A stretch of DNA of 64,000 nt from Amphiscolops sp. MND2022. Taxonomy: Eukaryota. The translations under genes were made by a program, and so were the position numbers. The notes under the pieces were generated by a model. It saw only the letters and a program-made list of their open reading frames with translations. It had not been told where the DNA came from and searched no databases. Positions 1 to 12,481 of the stretch are shown here, one piece after another. The stretch lies in assembly GCA_964187785.1 (NCBI GenBank), contig OZ076409.1:31992001-32056000 (forward strand). The letters run 5' to 3'. How positions within the stretch are numbered: position 1 is the first letter of the stretch; every line of letters begins with the position of its first letter.

Positions 1-258
1 AAAGTTCTACAAAAATTACAGAAGACACCAAAATGTACCTGGTGGCCCAAGGAATTGAACCAAAAAGGTTTCCCGCGTAACATACAATACCGGACGAGAC
101 CAAAGGGTCCTCCCTTTCAGTTTTTTTTGGGATTGTGAGACTTTTTTGAAAACTTTTCGTAAAAGTGTTCCCAATTCACCAATACTTGGAAATTTGAAGT
201 CCTTTTGCTATTTTTGATCCTTGGATATGGCGCCGACTTGGGCTGTTCCCGGCTTGTT
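1..258. repeat. Copy of an interspersed repeat family (also at ~9770-10490, 11440-11955, 22800-23260)
   Basis: Ends in GATATGGCGCCGACTTGGGCTGTTCCCGGCTTGTT, nearly identical to 11921-11955; shares AAAGGGTCCYCCCTT motifs with the other copies. Confidence 0.75.
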
Positions 259-259
259 A

Positions 260-860
260 CTACTTATAATGGGAAAATTTTTGTTGGTTCGGAGAAAGAA
301 ATAACAGACCGGCAAAAGATATTCAGAAATGAGTATTGTCATTCCTTGCAGGTTGAAGCATCAGGCTTGCACATCAAGTGCTTCTTACTCCCTCCAAGAG
401 CGGCCTTTGGGAATCACCAATCAAGTGTGCAAAGATGCATCTCCGAAAAGTTATGGGAAACAAAATTCTCTCCTTTGAAGAAGTGTGTGCTCTACTTTGT
501 CAAAGTGAAACGATTTTGAATTCAAGACCAATCTGCCCATTATCAGAAGATCCGAATGACCAGTTTTTTTAACTCCTGCTCATCTCTGCTTGGGTGGAAA
601 AGAAGTGAATCTACCCTTGAGCCAGACAACTAATGATTTGAAAAATCCTGACCGTTGATATTCACCCAAAAAATATGGATACCAATGCAGAATATGGTCT
701 CTCTTGTTTCCCCACTGCAGTGGCCATTGGCTAAAATCCAACAAGTCTACAACGGCCCAGACAAGTTTGCGAGAGTTGTAAAAATGAAAACCGGTACAGG
801 AATCTACAATCGACCGGTACATAATTTGACGAAAATGTTTGATGCTAATTTCAATGATGA
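260..860 (+). pseudogene. BEL/Pao LTR-retrotransposon integrase C-terminus plus DUF5641-type tail, frameshifted
   Basis: GLWESPIK...KILSFEEVCALLCQSETILNSRPICPLSEDPND(LTPAH) and WPLAKIQQVYNGPDKFARVVKMKTGTGIYNRPVHNL are typical BEL/Pao pol ends. Confidence 0.85.
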
Positions 861-1009
861 TTTCAAATATCTTTGTTGCCTAAAATTATATTTCTCTTAC
901 TGTGCCTTATTTCATTGCGCTTGCGTGTTTAACTCTCTTGTTAATTTCTTTTCTGAGAAGTCAAGGCAGGCAGTGTTATGTTCTGAATGGAACTTTATTT
1001 GACATTAAT

Positions 1010-3899
1010 GAGTCATTGGTTCAAGTAAATGACTTCAAATTACAGTTCAAATTTGTAAATACTTACATGTATCTTGGATGAATCTTTTTCCCCACATTTT
1101 GTAAATACTTTCACATGTTTTTTTGTTTTCCTGCATCCTGTGCGTGCGTTTTAATTTCTAAACACTAATTTTCCGGAAACAATAATTTTTCTTTTTTATC
1201 ATTTTTTGGCTAATGGAGCGGCCTGGTTTGCCTTTAGAAGTGTAGTTCTATTTGTGAGACACACACCTAATTACCACGTAAGTAACTTCCGACTTTCAAG
1301 TGTAACCCGTGAAAGTTAAACATATAACTTCAAACTTTTCTAGGCAGAGAACATATAATGTAAAATAGTCCAGTGAACAATTTCAGGGCTTAGGAGTTTG
1401 AGCTACATACTGATTGTGGATGTTCAACTGGTGAGGTGCAACTAATTCGTTTTCTGTGCTATCAAGTTTTCTTTCAACACATTTTTGATTCATTGTTTAG
1501 AAATTTCAAAAAGGTTTGTCAAATCCGTGAATAATTTGTTTTGGTCTTTTGTGCTGCACAAGGAAGCAAAAAACTTCCGGTGCTCACCATTTTCAATAAA
1601 ACAAATCAAATTAGGTTTTGAAACAAGTGATTAAGCGTCATTCTATTGAAACGTCTGATTTGATATCCAACGTACCCATGTTCAACTTTTCGGTTTGCAG
1701 AAAAGTTCGGCGTTACATTGCTTCAACGAATAGGTAAAGTTTCAATCGCCAAAGACAGCCTATTTTCTCAGGTAGATTGATGCGACCATCGTGACTGAGC
1801 CAACATTGAATGTTTTTCGGGTGACCGCTTCAGGTTTCCGGTTGGTGTCAGATCAGACAATCAACAAAAATTGCGTAGCAACAAATGGTACAATGCGTCA
1901 CTGATTCCACTACGCAAAGAAAAGTAACTGCAACCAAGCTATCAATTCTACCAACTCCAATACGAGCAGCCAAGAAAAGGTTATGCGCCGATGAGCACAG
2001 AGCGCGGACTGGTTCCCAGTTGAGCGCAGAGCGCCTGAGGTGTGAAGAAGTGAAGATATGAAGAGGTAGCAACTCGACTCATTGAGTGAAAATTGAGTTT
2101 TGAAAGCTCACAAGTGAAACTTTGAAAGTAAATAGCTTCAGTGGTCTGAGTTAGGCCTTACAACTATATACGAATTCGTCTGACTTGTATACAGCGATCG
2201 CGTTGTATCAAAACAGTGGATAAACATGGGTTGCTGTGTCTGTTCTGTTGAGAAAAACTTGATTTGCTGCTGATGTTGCTGTCTTATATAATTTTATACG
2301 AAGAAGAAAAACTGACTTTCAACATCTGATTACTGGGTAGGAAATCCACAGAAAAAAAGTGAGGTAGTAGTCCAACAGAGTTTCCAATAGTATGCTAGCA
2401 TTTTCATTCTGAATCGCAATATGTGAATACTGGCTAAAAAAAGGTTTTCGTGAATCTTTGCAAATCAGAAATTTTTAGTTGAAGTCGACAGTTTTGGAAC
2501 AATGCTAAAACAGTTTTCAGAAGTTTTGTTGAGCCTGTACCCTGAAACTGAACTCAAAAGCAACCTACAATCACTTTTCCCGACTTCAAAACGGATTCTA
2601 TGTGTCTGGTAACGCCGAGACGAAAACTTCAATTCAAGCTTCAATTAGATACAATACAAATCTGAGTTGCATCAAGCGATCGGATCACGGGTCAAACTAT
2701 TGTTTTGATTGGACAATTGAAGACTAGTCGTTGTCCATCTTGTGAAGTCGTACAATAACTTTTATGGACTTGATTCAATTCTCAACTGACGGATTGTCGT
2801 CTCACTCCTTGATCTAAAAGCGACTCCTTCATCGAAATGTCGCTCCTGAGGCAACTGACCAAAAACCAACAGACGTCGAAAAAGTAGTGACTTTCAGGAA
2901 GCAGACGTTTTTTGATACTCCAAGATGTTTTTGTACAGCTGTTCGAATTTCACATCTCTACCAACCATTCCGTTACCGGACACTCAGTTTCAACACAAGA
3001 AGCACAATGTTTAAACGGTAAGAATTCGATAACTTGTGGGGAATAAAAGTGATACAAGTAGATTGAGTTTTGAAGTCCGTAAAAGTGATTGTAGGTTGCT
3101 GTTGCTGTTGTTGTCGTGTAGAAACAATTAGTCTGGGCTCCGTCACAATTCTCGCAGCAAGCTACCTAGAAAAATAGGCTGCACTTGGTTCTGAAAATAT
3201 AACTTATTCGCTGAAGTATTGTGACGGCGTACAAGGGTACGTTGGATATCAAATCAGACGTATCAGAGGCAGCACAATCGAACGACTCTTAATCTTTCGT
3301 TCCAACTCCTAAATTGATTTGTTTTGTTGAAAACGGTGTGCGCCGGAAGTTTTCTGAAACTTGCTGACAGTTCAATGACATGAACATGAACAATCATCCG
3401 AAAAAAAATATTGACTGAGTTGACAAAAATATATTTAAACTTTCTATACATGTGAAAGAAAATTTATAGCACGGAAAACGAAATAGTTGCAACCCACCAA
3501 ATGAACATCCACAACCAATAACTAGTTCAAGCTCCTAAGCGCTGAAATCGTTCACTGGACTAAATTGCATTGTGTTCTCTGACTGGAAAAGTTTGAAATT
3601 AAATCTTTTACTTTCACTGGATACACTTGAATGTCAAAATTGTTCACATGTTAATTAGGTGTGTGTCTCACTGATCGCCCTACACTTCTAAAGGCGGATT
3701 ATGCCGCTCCATCAGTCAAAAAGTGATAAAAAAACAAAATTAATATTTCCGGAACTTTTGTGTTTAGCAATTGAAGCGCACAGGATGCGGGATAACAAAA
3801 ACCAGAAAACACACCTGGAAGGGGGAAACATTCATCCAAGATACATGTATGTACAATTTTGAACTATAAGTTGAAGTCAAATGTTTGAAGCAATGACTC
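1010..3899. mobile_element. Foldback-like element with ~800-bp diverged inverted arms (1010-~1810 / ~3130-3899)
   Basis: Reverse-complement matches along the arms: ACGTCTGATTTGATATCCAACGTACCC vs GGGTACGTTGGATATCAAATCAGACGT, GTGAGACACACACCTAATT vs AATTAGGTGTGTGTCTCAC, TACATGTATCTTGGATGAAT vs ATTCATCCAAGATACATGTA. No TSD or transposase seen. Confidence 0.65.
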
Positions 3900-3999
3900 T
3901 TCGATTTCAAATAAAATTCCATTCAGAACAAGGTGCTTGTATTCGACGTTGAAATGCTCAATTTCTTCTTTAATGTTGTTCTTCGAGTTGCTAGCACTT

Positions 4000-4593
4000 G
4001 CAGCACAGTATGATGAATTCAGTCTCACCACTAAATATTTGATTCTTCCAATTCCATCCATAATGTTCGATGCCTTGTGAAACAACTTTTCTCTTCCGAA
4101 CCCATACCACAAAAAGTTGTCAACATCCTAAGTGAGTAAACTTTGGGTAGGAGATTAAGAATTGTTTTGAAGCCTTCTCTGCGGAGATTACCAATCAGTG
4201 CCGCGACGACGACAATTGTCCCTGCCATAACCAATTGGTCACACATTTCACAAATGTCACCAAACACCTGTCCTTCGTCAATGCCTGAAATGATTTCTGA
4301 GCAATCGTTCAGATGATAAGAACGGAAATGCAAGGTACCACAATTTACATACAACGTCATATTACGACATTATTCCCTAAACTACTTCCAGTGTCAATGT
4401 CCCAAATTCTTCAAGTGATTGGCCGTCGTGAGAAATATCATGGGTGGAGCTGTATCTCAAGTCACCTGCGTATTTAACAACGACGCAGAATTTTTGACGA
4501 TGACTATAACGCTTAACCCGTCTGAGAAGCTCAGTCGTTTTCTCGCTAAGTATAGGACCGAATAACTACTTTAATTGATCCGTATATGTTCAT
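4000..4593 (-). pseudogene. TK1: Thymidine kinase (TK1/type II) pseudogene with a 64-bp intron (4285-4348)
   Basis: Reconstruction MNIYGSIKVVI/GPILSEKTTELLRRVKRYSHRQKFCVVVKYAGDLRYSSTHDISHDGQ...YDVV|GIDEGQVFGDICEMCDQLVMAGTIVVVAALIGNLRREGFKTILNLLP matches TK1 motifs (GPMFSGKSTELMRRV, KYAKDTRY, IDEGQFF, VIVAALDG). Contains frameshifts and in-frame stops; intron GTAAAT...TTTCAG. Confidence 0.88.
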
Positions 4594-5586
4594 TGCGTGT
4601 TCGTTGCAGCACAGTCGTTCAACAGAGTTTATCGTCGAAAAGTGTACGATAATAGAAACGGTTTTTGTTTGATGGTCTACAAGTTTAAGTCTACTTTTCG
4701 ATATCAATCGTTTTTCCTGGATTTTATTAGAGTCAGCTTTGTATTTATCAATACCGAGATCCGACTGTGTCAGTTCCAGTAGACAACGTAGAAACATTAA
4801 GTTGATTCTGTGGCAATATTGACTATGAGGATGAAAAGAAACTTCAAAGTTCAACTCGAATGGAAAGTTCCTTTGGGTTATCAAGATAGTTTCAGTCTGT
4901 TAATATCACCAGACCTCGCTGAATCAACTCGCTCGGGTTTCTTCAGTCAGAATATGGTACCAACGAGATTATGGTTAATTCAGAAACCAACATCAGTCTA
5001 GTTCAAAATGAAAAAAAGAAACAAGATTGAATTTCGTAGGATCGGAAAGCTGAAAATTCTTCCTGAGGTGAATTAATTTAGCTTCTAATATCACATCACT
5101 TGGGTCTAGCTCATCTTTTCTGGTGTGTACGCTATTCGTAAAACGCCTCCAGTAAAGTTCAATATCGAAAACAAGAACACTGGAAACTAGATAGATTTGT
5201 AAACCGACCCACGTTCTTCCTTATGTGGAATGTTTTCCTTCGGATTTAACATCAAAAATTCGGATTTAGCCCGTTTCTTGTTGTAGAAGGTCATCCCGTA
5301 AACTCAACTGCAAAAATTCAATATGCTACCAAACCAAAGATCCAATCAGGTTAGATTTGAAAACCTGCGACATTTTCGTGAGTAAGTTTTTCGTTCTACT
5401 ATAATATCAAAGGCGCAATTGTTCTGCTGCCTTCAGTATTTCGGAAAACGGTCTTATGCTGCTGCAGAAGATTTGTGCAGCTGAGATCATACTAAGATTC
5501 TCATTACCACTCTTGATGTGATTATTCATCTTTTCCATGGGACCTAAGTTGATATTATTCCACCTCAGTAACAACTGGAGAAAATT

Positions 5587-6065
5587 TCATTCGAATCGCG
5601 TGTACAGTTTTAGAGAAAATCCAAAAAAGTCCAAATATGGTTGTTTTCTGGTCATTTTCGGGTTAAATTCGAACTATGTTGCTCAAAATCCCAGTCATGC
5701 AGTTTTGATGAAATGACATACATAAGACCCTGATATGGCAGAGAACGACTGTTATCGAATTCATTCGAATCAGGTTTTGAGAAAATCGAAAATTGTTTGA
5801 AAATGGCTTCCTTTTGGTTATTTTTTGTCCATTTTATAGTGTGTTTCTCAGATCCCAGTCATACGATCTCAATGTAATCGCAGACATAGGAGCCTAAAAA
5901 GATAAGGAACGACAGTAGAAAAAACTGTTTGAGTCGTATGGACAGGTTTTGAGGAAGTGAAAAAAGTCCAAAAGTTGCAGTTTTTGGTAATTTATGGGCG
6001 AATTTTGGCTATGTTTCTCACATCGCAGTCAGACGATTTTGATACCATTGCTCACGCAGGAGCAC
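5587..6065. repeat. Degenerate tandem repeat, ~3 units of ~170-175 bp
   Basis: Recurring TTCATTCGAATC / CAGGTTTTGAG.AA / CTCA.ATCCCAGTCA blocks at ~5587, ~5761 and ~5925. Confidence 0.6.
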
Positions 6066-6328
6066 CTTTGAGTGTAATAAGTGTAAGGAGCACATTTGCC
6101 CTTCGTACTTTATTTTAGAAAAAGCTCTTTTGCTACTGGTGAACGTTTGTGCTTGTTTACAGCTCTTTGGACGAAAAAGTTCCAAGATTTTTATTGCACT
6201 TTCAGGACTCCTAAGTTGTGATTATTCTAAGTCGGAAAAGGCCATGTAAACAAAACTTGATATATGGCACACATTATGAGTGATGAATCAGTGACCTTTG
6301 AGCTGGTTGAAAGTTTACGCGTTGGCAG

Positions 6329-6433
6329 CCCAAAACGTGCATAGTGAATCTATCACGGAATAATTTTGCTTGGAAGCCCAAAACGTGCATAGTGAATCTT
6401 CGAAAATTTTCAAAAGCGCCAAAACGTGCATAA
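6329..6433. repeat. Three spaced copies of CCAAAACGTGCATA
   Basis: Copies at ~6329, ~6378 and ~6419; the first two extend with GTGAATCT. Confidence 0.7.
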
Positions 6434-6439
6434 ACCCCA

Positions 6440-9190
6440 CCGTCTTATACAACTTACAAGCAATAATGTCGAACTGGGAAAACGAAATGGAAAAGAACCA
6501 GTACTAAGCATGGGCCAATTCACAACGAGACGGGAAATATACGGGAAATACACGGAATATAACTGATACTGAAAAAACAACAATTGGAGAAGGAACCACG
6601 AGAAACGAGCATTTGAAGAAATGAAAGAATCGAAAGAATATTTGTTGAAAACAAATACTTCACATACACAGTGAAATTTAATGGCACAGAGATTGAATTT
6701 GTTTCCGATACAGGGCCACCACTTCCAATATTGCCAGCGCGGACAATAAAGACTGAAAGATACCGAAGTTCGCAAAGGGAAACACCGATTCCTAGGAAAA
6801 GAACGAAGTGATTCTGAGGGCAAGTACTTGTTGAAATTGAATCCGTAAATAACAAACAAAAATGCAGATACTAATTATCGAAAGCAACCACATAACACTG
6901 GTACTCGGACCGGACTGAATGAAAAAGCTCAAACAAACAATCGGAAACATCCGATGCGCGAAGACAGAAAAAAAAAGAAATTATTACCAAATTTCCGGGT
7001 CTCTACAAGAACAACACCACCATAAAAGATGCCAAAATAAAAATACAATTGAAACCAAGACACTATCCATTCAAACGAAAATCAAGATCGGTAACCCTTC
7101 ACCTTCAAGAAGCAGTCGGAGATGATTAAGAAAAAAGACCGAATTTCGAGCACATGGAAAGAGTGAAACACGTGGATGAATATTGTGTTGTGTCATCAGA
7201 AGTAATATCTATGCAGAAAGATAAATCTGTGAAAATTTCTTAAAATTCACGGAAATTGAATGACAGCTGTAGAAAAGTAGACAAATTCGACCAATTAGGC
7301 CGAATATGGAAGAAATGTTGCATCAAATTTTGGTGAAAAGAGCAAATAACTAGACAAAAGAACTCATGATATCAATGATTGGCCTCAAGTACGCATACTA
7401 CCAAATTAGATTATCGGAAATGACGAGCAGACGATGTGTATTCACTAAAAACGACGAAATACGAGGAAACTATCAATTCAATAAACCTCATGGATTGGCC
7501 GAGATGTCCACAATACTCCAGGAAAACGTTTACTGAAAATTGGAATACTGCAGACTCACATGGCGAGACGATATCAAAGTCGTAACACGGGATATCGAAA
7601 AGAACTTAAAATTGGAAGATGTATCAGAAAAAAACGAAGAAAGCTAGATTTCGAGAAAGCGAAAGAGAATCCGAACTTTTTCAAAACAAAACAAAATGGC
7701 TGGTTCACGAAATGGATGAAAGTGGAGTGTTGACCACCACGCAAAAGATAAAGACAACAAGTAACAACCGAAGCAAGCAAAACCGGTCTCAGCTTAACAT
7801 TATGGCAGAAACAAGCCGATAGGGAACTACAACCGATAGCCTCAATTGACAGAGAAACGGAATGATCTGTTAAAGAGCTGGAAGTATTAGCAGTTGTGAA
7901 GGGATTCAAAAAATCTGATTCCATTTTTTCGGAACGAAAGTGCTTTTATATACCGATCACCAACCATAGAGCCATTGCCAAAAAAATGCAATGAGCGATA
8001 CCATGCCATATTAACCAGACGTTAGATCAATCAGCCATAAAGCGAGCGAAGGAGAGAGTCGAATAACTCTTGTGGATAATCTGCCTATAGTAGATTTTGG
8101 AAACTATCTGCAAATCATCCAATTAATCGGGGCTGCAACTAAAAGAAACATGGTCACCGAAGTGACAATAAAAAGGATCGGAACGGACTTTAAGTTGGAC
8201 CTGAAAAACCTGATTGCAAAATTAGCAACAGAAGTCGAACTGACTCGAGTATAGTTAGCACTAAATCAAGATGACCACAACATGGCGCCGGAGCATTACA
8301 GACAGTAATTTGCTGCCAATGAAATGCGGTTTGACATTCGTTTGTAGTGCCGACTAAACTCCGGAAGAAATTGCTGCATACCCTACATTTTGGCCGATCA
8401 GTGAGAACCAGGATGGCTTCCAAGGCAAACATCTACTGGTGACCAAGCATCCGCAAAGACATTGAAGAACGGGTCAAAAACTATGTAGCTTGTTTGTCAT
8501 CCGGTAGGAATTTAAAATATCAAATGCCAAAACTGAAGGTGGCAAATTAAAAACACTCACCGAACCGGGAGAAAAACAAATTGATTTCACTGGGAATTTA
8601 CATAATCAAAAATTGAACGCTGAGAACCAGGTTTTAATAGCAGTGTACCGAGGTTTAGTGACTGGTCAACCGTGAAACCTTTCAAAACTTCCGAAACAAA
8701 GGAAGTTAAACGTTTCTCAACGCAAATCTTTATTTTATACGGAATACCGGAGCAACTCAGATTGGATTAAAGCTAGACGAAAGAACGGACACCGCGAATT
8801 GGAGATGAAAAAACACCAAAAAAGTGGCACTGTCTCCGAGGTGTGGATGGAAAATACATACAATGAAACAAAGTCCTATGGGGAAAACTTGGTGGGAATG
8901 GGAAATTGAAGATCATCCAAAACTGTACCGGAAAATCAAGATCTGGATCGGAAAGTGAAGAAGGGGAAATAGAAGACCAAGACGGAAGCGATTTGGAATT
9001 GAAGAAGACGGGAATACCCGAAAAGGACGGATACAAACCGATCCACACCAGCTCCGATGACGAATTGAACCTACATACCGACGCTGAGATACCTACCGGT
9101 GAGAGTAAAAACGAAGATTTAATCATCCCGTATACCGAAAGATTTTGGAGGTTAAAAAAACGTTTGTTTCAGGACTTAACTAAACTAGTT
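6440..9190 (+). pseudogene. Decayed Ty3/Gypsy pol (protease end, RT, RNase H, integrase)
   Basis: LKYAYYQIRLSEMTSRRCVF...HGLAEMSTILQE (RT, ~7385-7525); WQKQ...VKELEVLAVV (RNase H); IRKDIEERVKNYVACLSSGRNLKYQ and QIDFTGNLH (integrase). Many stops and shifts. Confidence 0.8.
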
Positions 9191-9222
9191 TGACGGGAAC
9201 GCTATTGAAACCATCGGAATTC

Positions 9223-9250
9223 GAGAGAGAGAGAGAGAGAGAAAGAGAGA
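9223..9250. repeat. (GA)n microsatellite
   Basis: Direct reading of GAGAGA run. Confidence 0.9.
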
Positions 9251-9769
9251 AGCCTGGAACTTCGAAAGCGTAGAAGAGCCCCATTCGTTGTAATACACGT
9301 CCGAAATTATTCGGTTCATTGGAAGTGTCAATCAAAACTGAAAAAGAACAAATATCAACAAGCTCTGCATGTTTCAGTTCCGTTGATACATATTTGTAAA
9401 CATATGTATGTTAGATTACTTTTGTAAGGAACAATTGATGATTAAGTACTGCCACAGTATACTTGGCATAGATTATCAACGTTGAACATAATTTTTACCT
9501 AACATAGCAGAAATAGAACAGGGTTTTCCCATGTAGTGGACGAAACATACCGTTAATTTTTGGAAGAAAATATTCAATATATCGGGGAAAACCAAAATGT
9601 TTTAGTTAGAAGATTATTTCAGCCATTCAAGCAATCTAAGAATAATTATAAACAAGAAGAAACATTTAAAGTCGGCGTTTTATCTGAGACCCAGAAAGCG
9701 CAGTTTTCAATATATGCGTAGGACGTTTTGACGTTTTCATGAAAAACTACTGTTTTCGATCATCCACCT

Positions 9770-10490
9770 CCTCCTTTGTTAAACGCATTATAGTTCGCAT
9801 ATAACGTCAAAATTTAGTGTATAGCTGTTTACTCCGGATGTTACGTCAAAGTTTAGGATAGTATTGAAAATTTTTGTTGTGGGTATATTTTGAGAAAACC
9901 TACTTTCAGACGAAAAATGAGAATTTTGAAGCAGCCTCAATGTGACAAAACATGTAAAAGGCAAGACCCTTTGGTTTTTTGGAAACTTTTTTGTTTTGCA
10001 AAATATCAGAAAAATTGGAGAGAAAAAAAATTTCGAAAAAAAGCCCCACAGTGCCGAAAAACATGAAAAAGGAATTCTTTAGTCTCATTCTGTTTGAGAA
10101 ATTCACGATGAAGTTTTTGGCTGAAGCAGGGAGTCGAACCCGCGACCGCTGGGTTCCCCCTAAAGTGATTAAATGTCCGTACTAAAATGTGGTACCTACA
10201 GGGTGAGCTCTTTGGTCTGACGAAAAAAAAGAAAAAAAAATTTCGAAAAACAAAAAATGAGAATTTTGAACACAGTTTAGTAGTGCCGAAAATGTGGAAG
10301 GGGGGACCCTTTGGGCTTTTTCAACATCCACTAAGTTGCATAATATCAAAAAATTGAAGGATTTACGACTAGCCAGTGTAATAGTCGGGCACTTGTCACT
10401 GGAAAGGCGCCGACTAAAAAAATTAGCCACTGTAACTGTCGGGCAATTTTCACTAGAAACGCGCCGACTAAAAAGAGATATGTATGGAAA
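9770..10490. repeat. Interspersed repeat family copy, inverted relative to 11440-11955; includes a tRNA-like B box on the minus strand
   Basis: AAAAATGAGAATTTTGAA and GTGCCGAAAA...GGGGACCCTTT units; 2x ~58-bp GTCGGGCA...GCGCCGACTAAAAA; GGGAGTCGAACCCGCGACC at ~10128. Confidence 0.7.
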
Positions 10491-10824
10491 ATTGATTTAT
10501 TAATTGCAGTATTCTCGGTAAAAACGATTACATAGCTGAATAATCTAGTCACTATCAACATCAATAGCACCACTGAAGTATATCTAAACTATCAGCAATG
10601 TTTGTTTACACAATTGTTTGTGAACAACTTTTTATCTTTGAGTTCAGTCATGTTGGTGACGTCTAGCTGTCAGCGATACGTCTTAAGATCTTTCTTAGTT
10701 ATATTTTTTGTCACTGTTATAAATAGTGAATTATGATAGTGTTATATTTTGTCACTAAGTTTGCCAAAAAATATTTTAATGATTCTACTTTTCCTAAGCA
10801 CTTCAAATGTATTTTTACAAACAG

Positions 10825-11013
10825 GCAACCCCATTAACTGCTGGTGCCCTGGGCATTTTGAGGGTCAGTGGGTGGAGTACACCAACAGCATCTGCTGGGT
10901 CCAAAACACCTACTTCCTTCCTTTCCACATTGCTCCCGAAGCGGGAAAAACGGCTGCCAAGGATTTCGACATTTCCTACTACCAGTGGATTCCAGTCATC
11001 CTCTTCGTCATGA
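10825..11013 (+). CDS. inx: Innexin internal coding exon (first extracellular loop to start of TM2), 189 bp, phase 1-1
   Basis: G-NPINCWCPGHFEGQWVEYTNSICWVQNTYF...DISYYQWIPVILF has the two conserved Cys and the YYQW(V/I)P innexin signature; open frame with TTTTACAAACAG acceptor and GTAAAA donor. Confidence 0.9.
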   Translation, partial: ATPLTAGALGILRVSGWSTPTASAGSKTPTSFLSTLLPKREKRLPRISTFPTTSGFQSSSSS

Positions 11014-11439
11014 GTAAAAAATGATCTAATTATTTCCTTGAGAAAACTTTCAATAACGATGATAATCTGGTGTCAATTTGATAGATTTGAGTTGCGGAGC
11101 TAGATCATTTGCGTAGCTAGAGAACGACAAGTCATTTGCGCATTGACGCACTTGATTGCTGAAAATCTTACGTAATCGTTATTGCTTTAATGCGTTACTT
11201 GACCAACATCTCCAAATCAAAGAAAACAAGCCGGGAACGGCATAAGTCAGCGGTCCGCTTGAGGCTCAAAATGGAGCCAAAGTACTGCAAAGCCTCAAGG
11301 ATTCTCTTTTGAATGAAATCTCATTTTCACCGTAACGGAACACCCAAAAGCGGACCATTTTGTGCCTAAAACGGCTTTCGTGCTTTTTCCCCACGAGAAA
11401 TATCAATTACTTCAATAATATCAAAAGTTCAGATACAGC

Positions 11440-11955
11440 GTGTTTTTTTAGTCGGCGCATTTTAGTAGAAAATGTGCCCGACTATTACAGTGGGTAGTTT
11501 TTTTTAGACGCGTGAGGTCCACTTTTTTGTTCATTTGTTCAACAACTTCAAACCTCAACAACTTCAAACCACAACAACTCCAACCTCAGAAGTGTGTCCA
11601 AAACGAAAAGAAAAAACAAAACAGACGTCCAAAGATGCCACCTTAGCCCCACTTTTTTTCGGCACTATGCGACTTTTTTTGAAGTTTTTTGGATTGCATC
11701 AGAGGGTCCCCCCTTCATTCGTTTCGATATTTTGCAACACAATGGATGTCAAAAAATCGCAAAGGGTCCCCCCTTTTACATTTTTCGGCACTGTGACACT
11801 GTTTAAAAATCTCATTAAAAAATTTTTTTGGGAAATTTTTTCATGTCTCCAAAGGGTCCCCCCTTCAATTTTTTAAATTTGTGCTGCCTCCTTAGTAACC
11901 CTTTTAAATTTTGAGCCTTAGATATGGCGCCGACTTAGGCCGTTCTCGGCTTGTT
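11440..11955. repeat. Interspersed repeat family copy (same orientation as 1-258)
   Basis: Reverse complement of 9900-10490 motifs (TTTTTTAGTCGGCGC, AAAGGGTCCCCCC, TTTTTCGGCACT); ends GATATGGCGCCGACTTAGGCCGTTCTCGGCTTGTT. Confidence 0.75.
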
Positions 11956-12481
11956 TCTAATTTGGAAAGAACGGAAACACCAGAACTTGTAAAATTCGAA
12001 CCTCCGCCTCCTCTGCAGCAAAACACAATTTACTTCGGATATAACGTCGAGAGTTCGGGTAAAGTGCGATACTTTCGAACGACGGCCTCCTCCTTAGTAA
12101 CCCGGATTTCCTTCGGATATAACGTCAAAGTTTCAGATATAGCGTCCTGAATTGGGAGCGCCTGAAGCGGCCTAATAGGAGTGCTTTTTTTAACATTCGC
12201 CTCCTCTTCAGTGAAACGCAATTTACTTATAAAATAAGTGTCTAAACGCATTAAATAACAAAAAGTCGGAATTATCGCAAAATTTTTAAACATCCGCTTG
12301 CTCCGATGTAAATCACAAAACACTTGGGATATAACCTCAACATTTCTATAAGGGCAGAGTATAGAAACATATAGTAATGCTCCAAGAGACAATCTCTCAG
12401 TTTGCAGGTCTTGCAAAGGCTACTGCTATAGTTGGTTCTTTTCTTCTTAAAGCGGGAACAAATTAAAAATGAAGTTGTCTG

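Noticed and set aside
4600-5560. Possible decayed gene upstream of TK1
   Set aside because: No recognisable motif in any frame.
6410-6859. 149-aa and 111-aa minus-strand ORFs
   Set aside because: Antisense shadows of A-rich Gypsy gag/protease sequence.
10120-10165. tRNA gene
   Set aside because: Only a T-arm/B box is present; no acceptor stem or anticodon arm could be folded.
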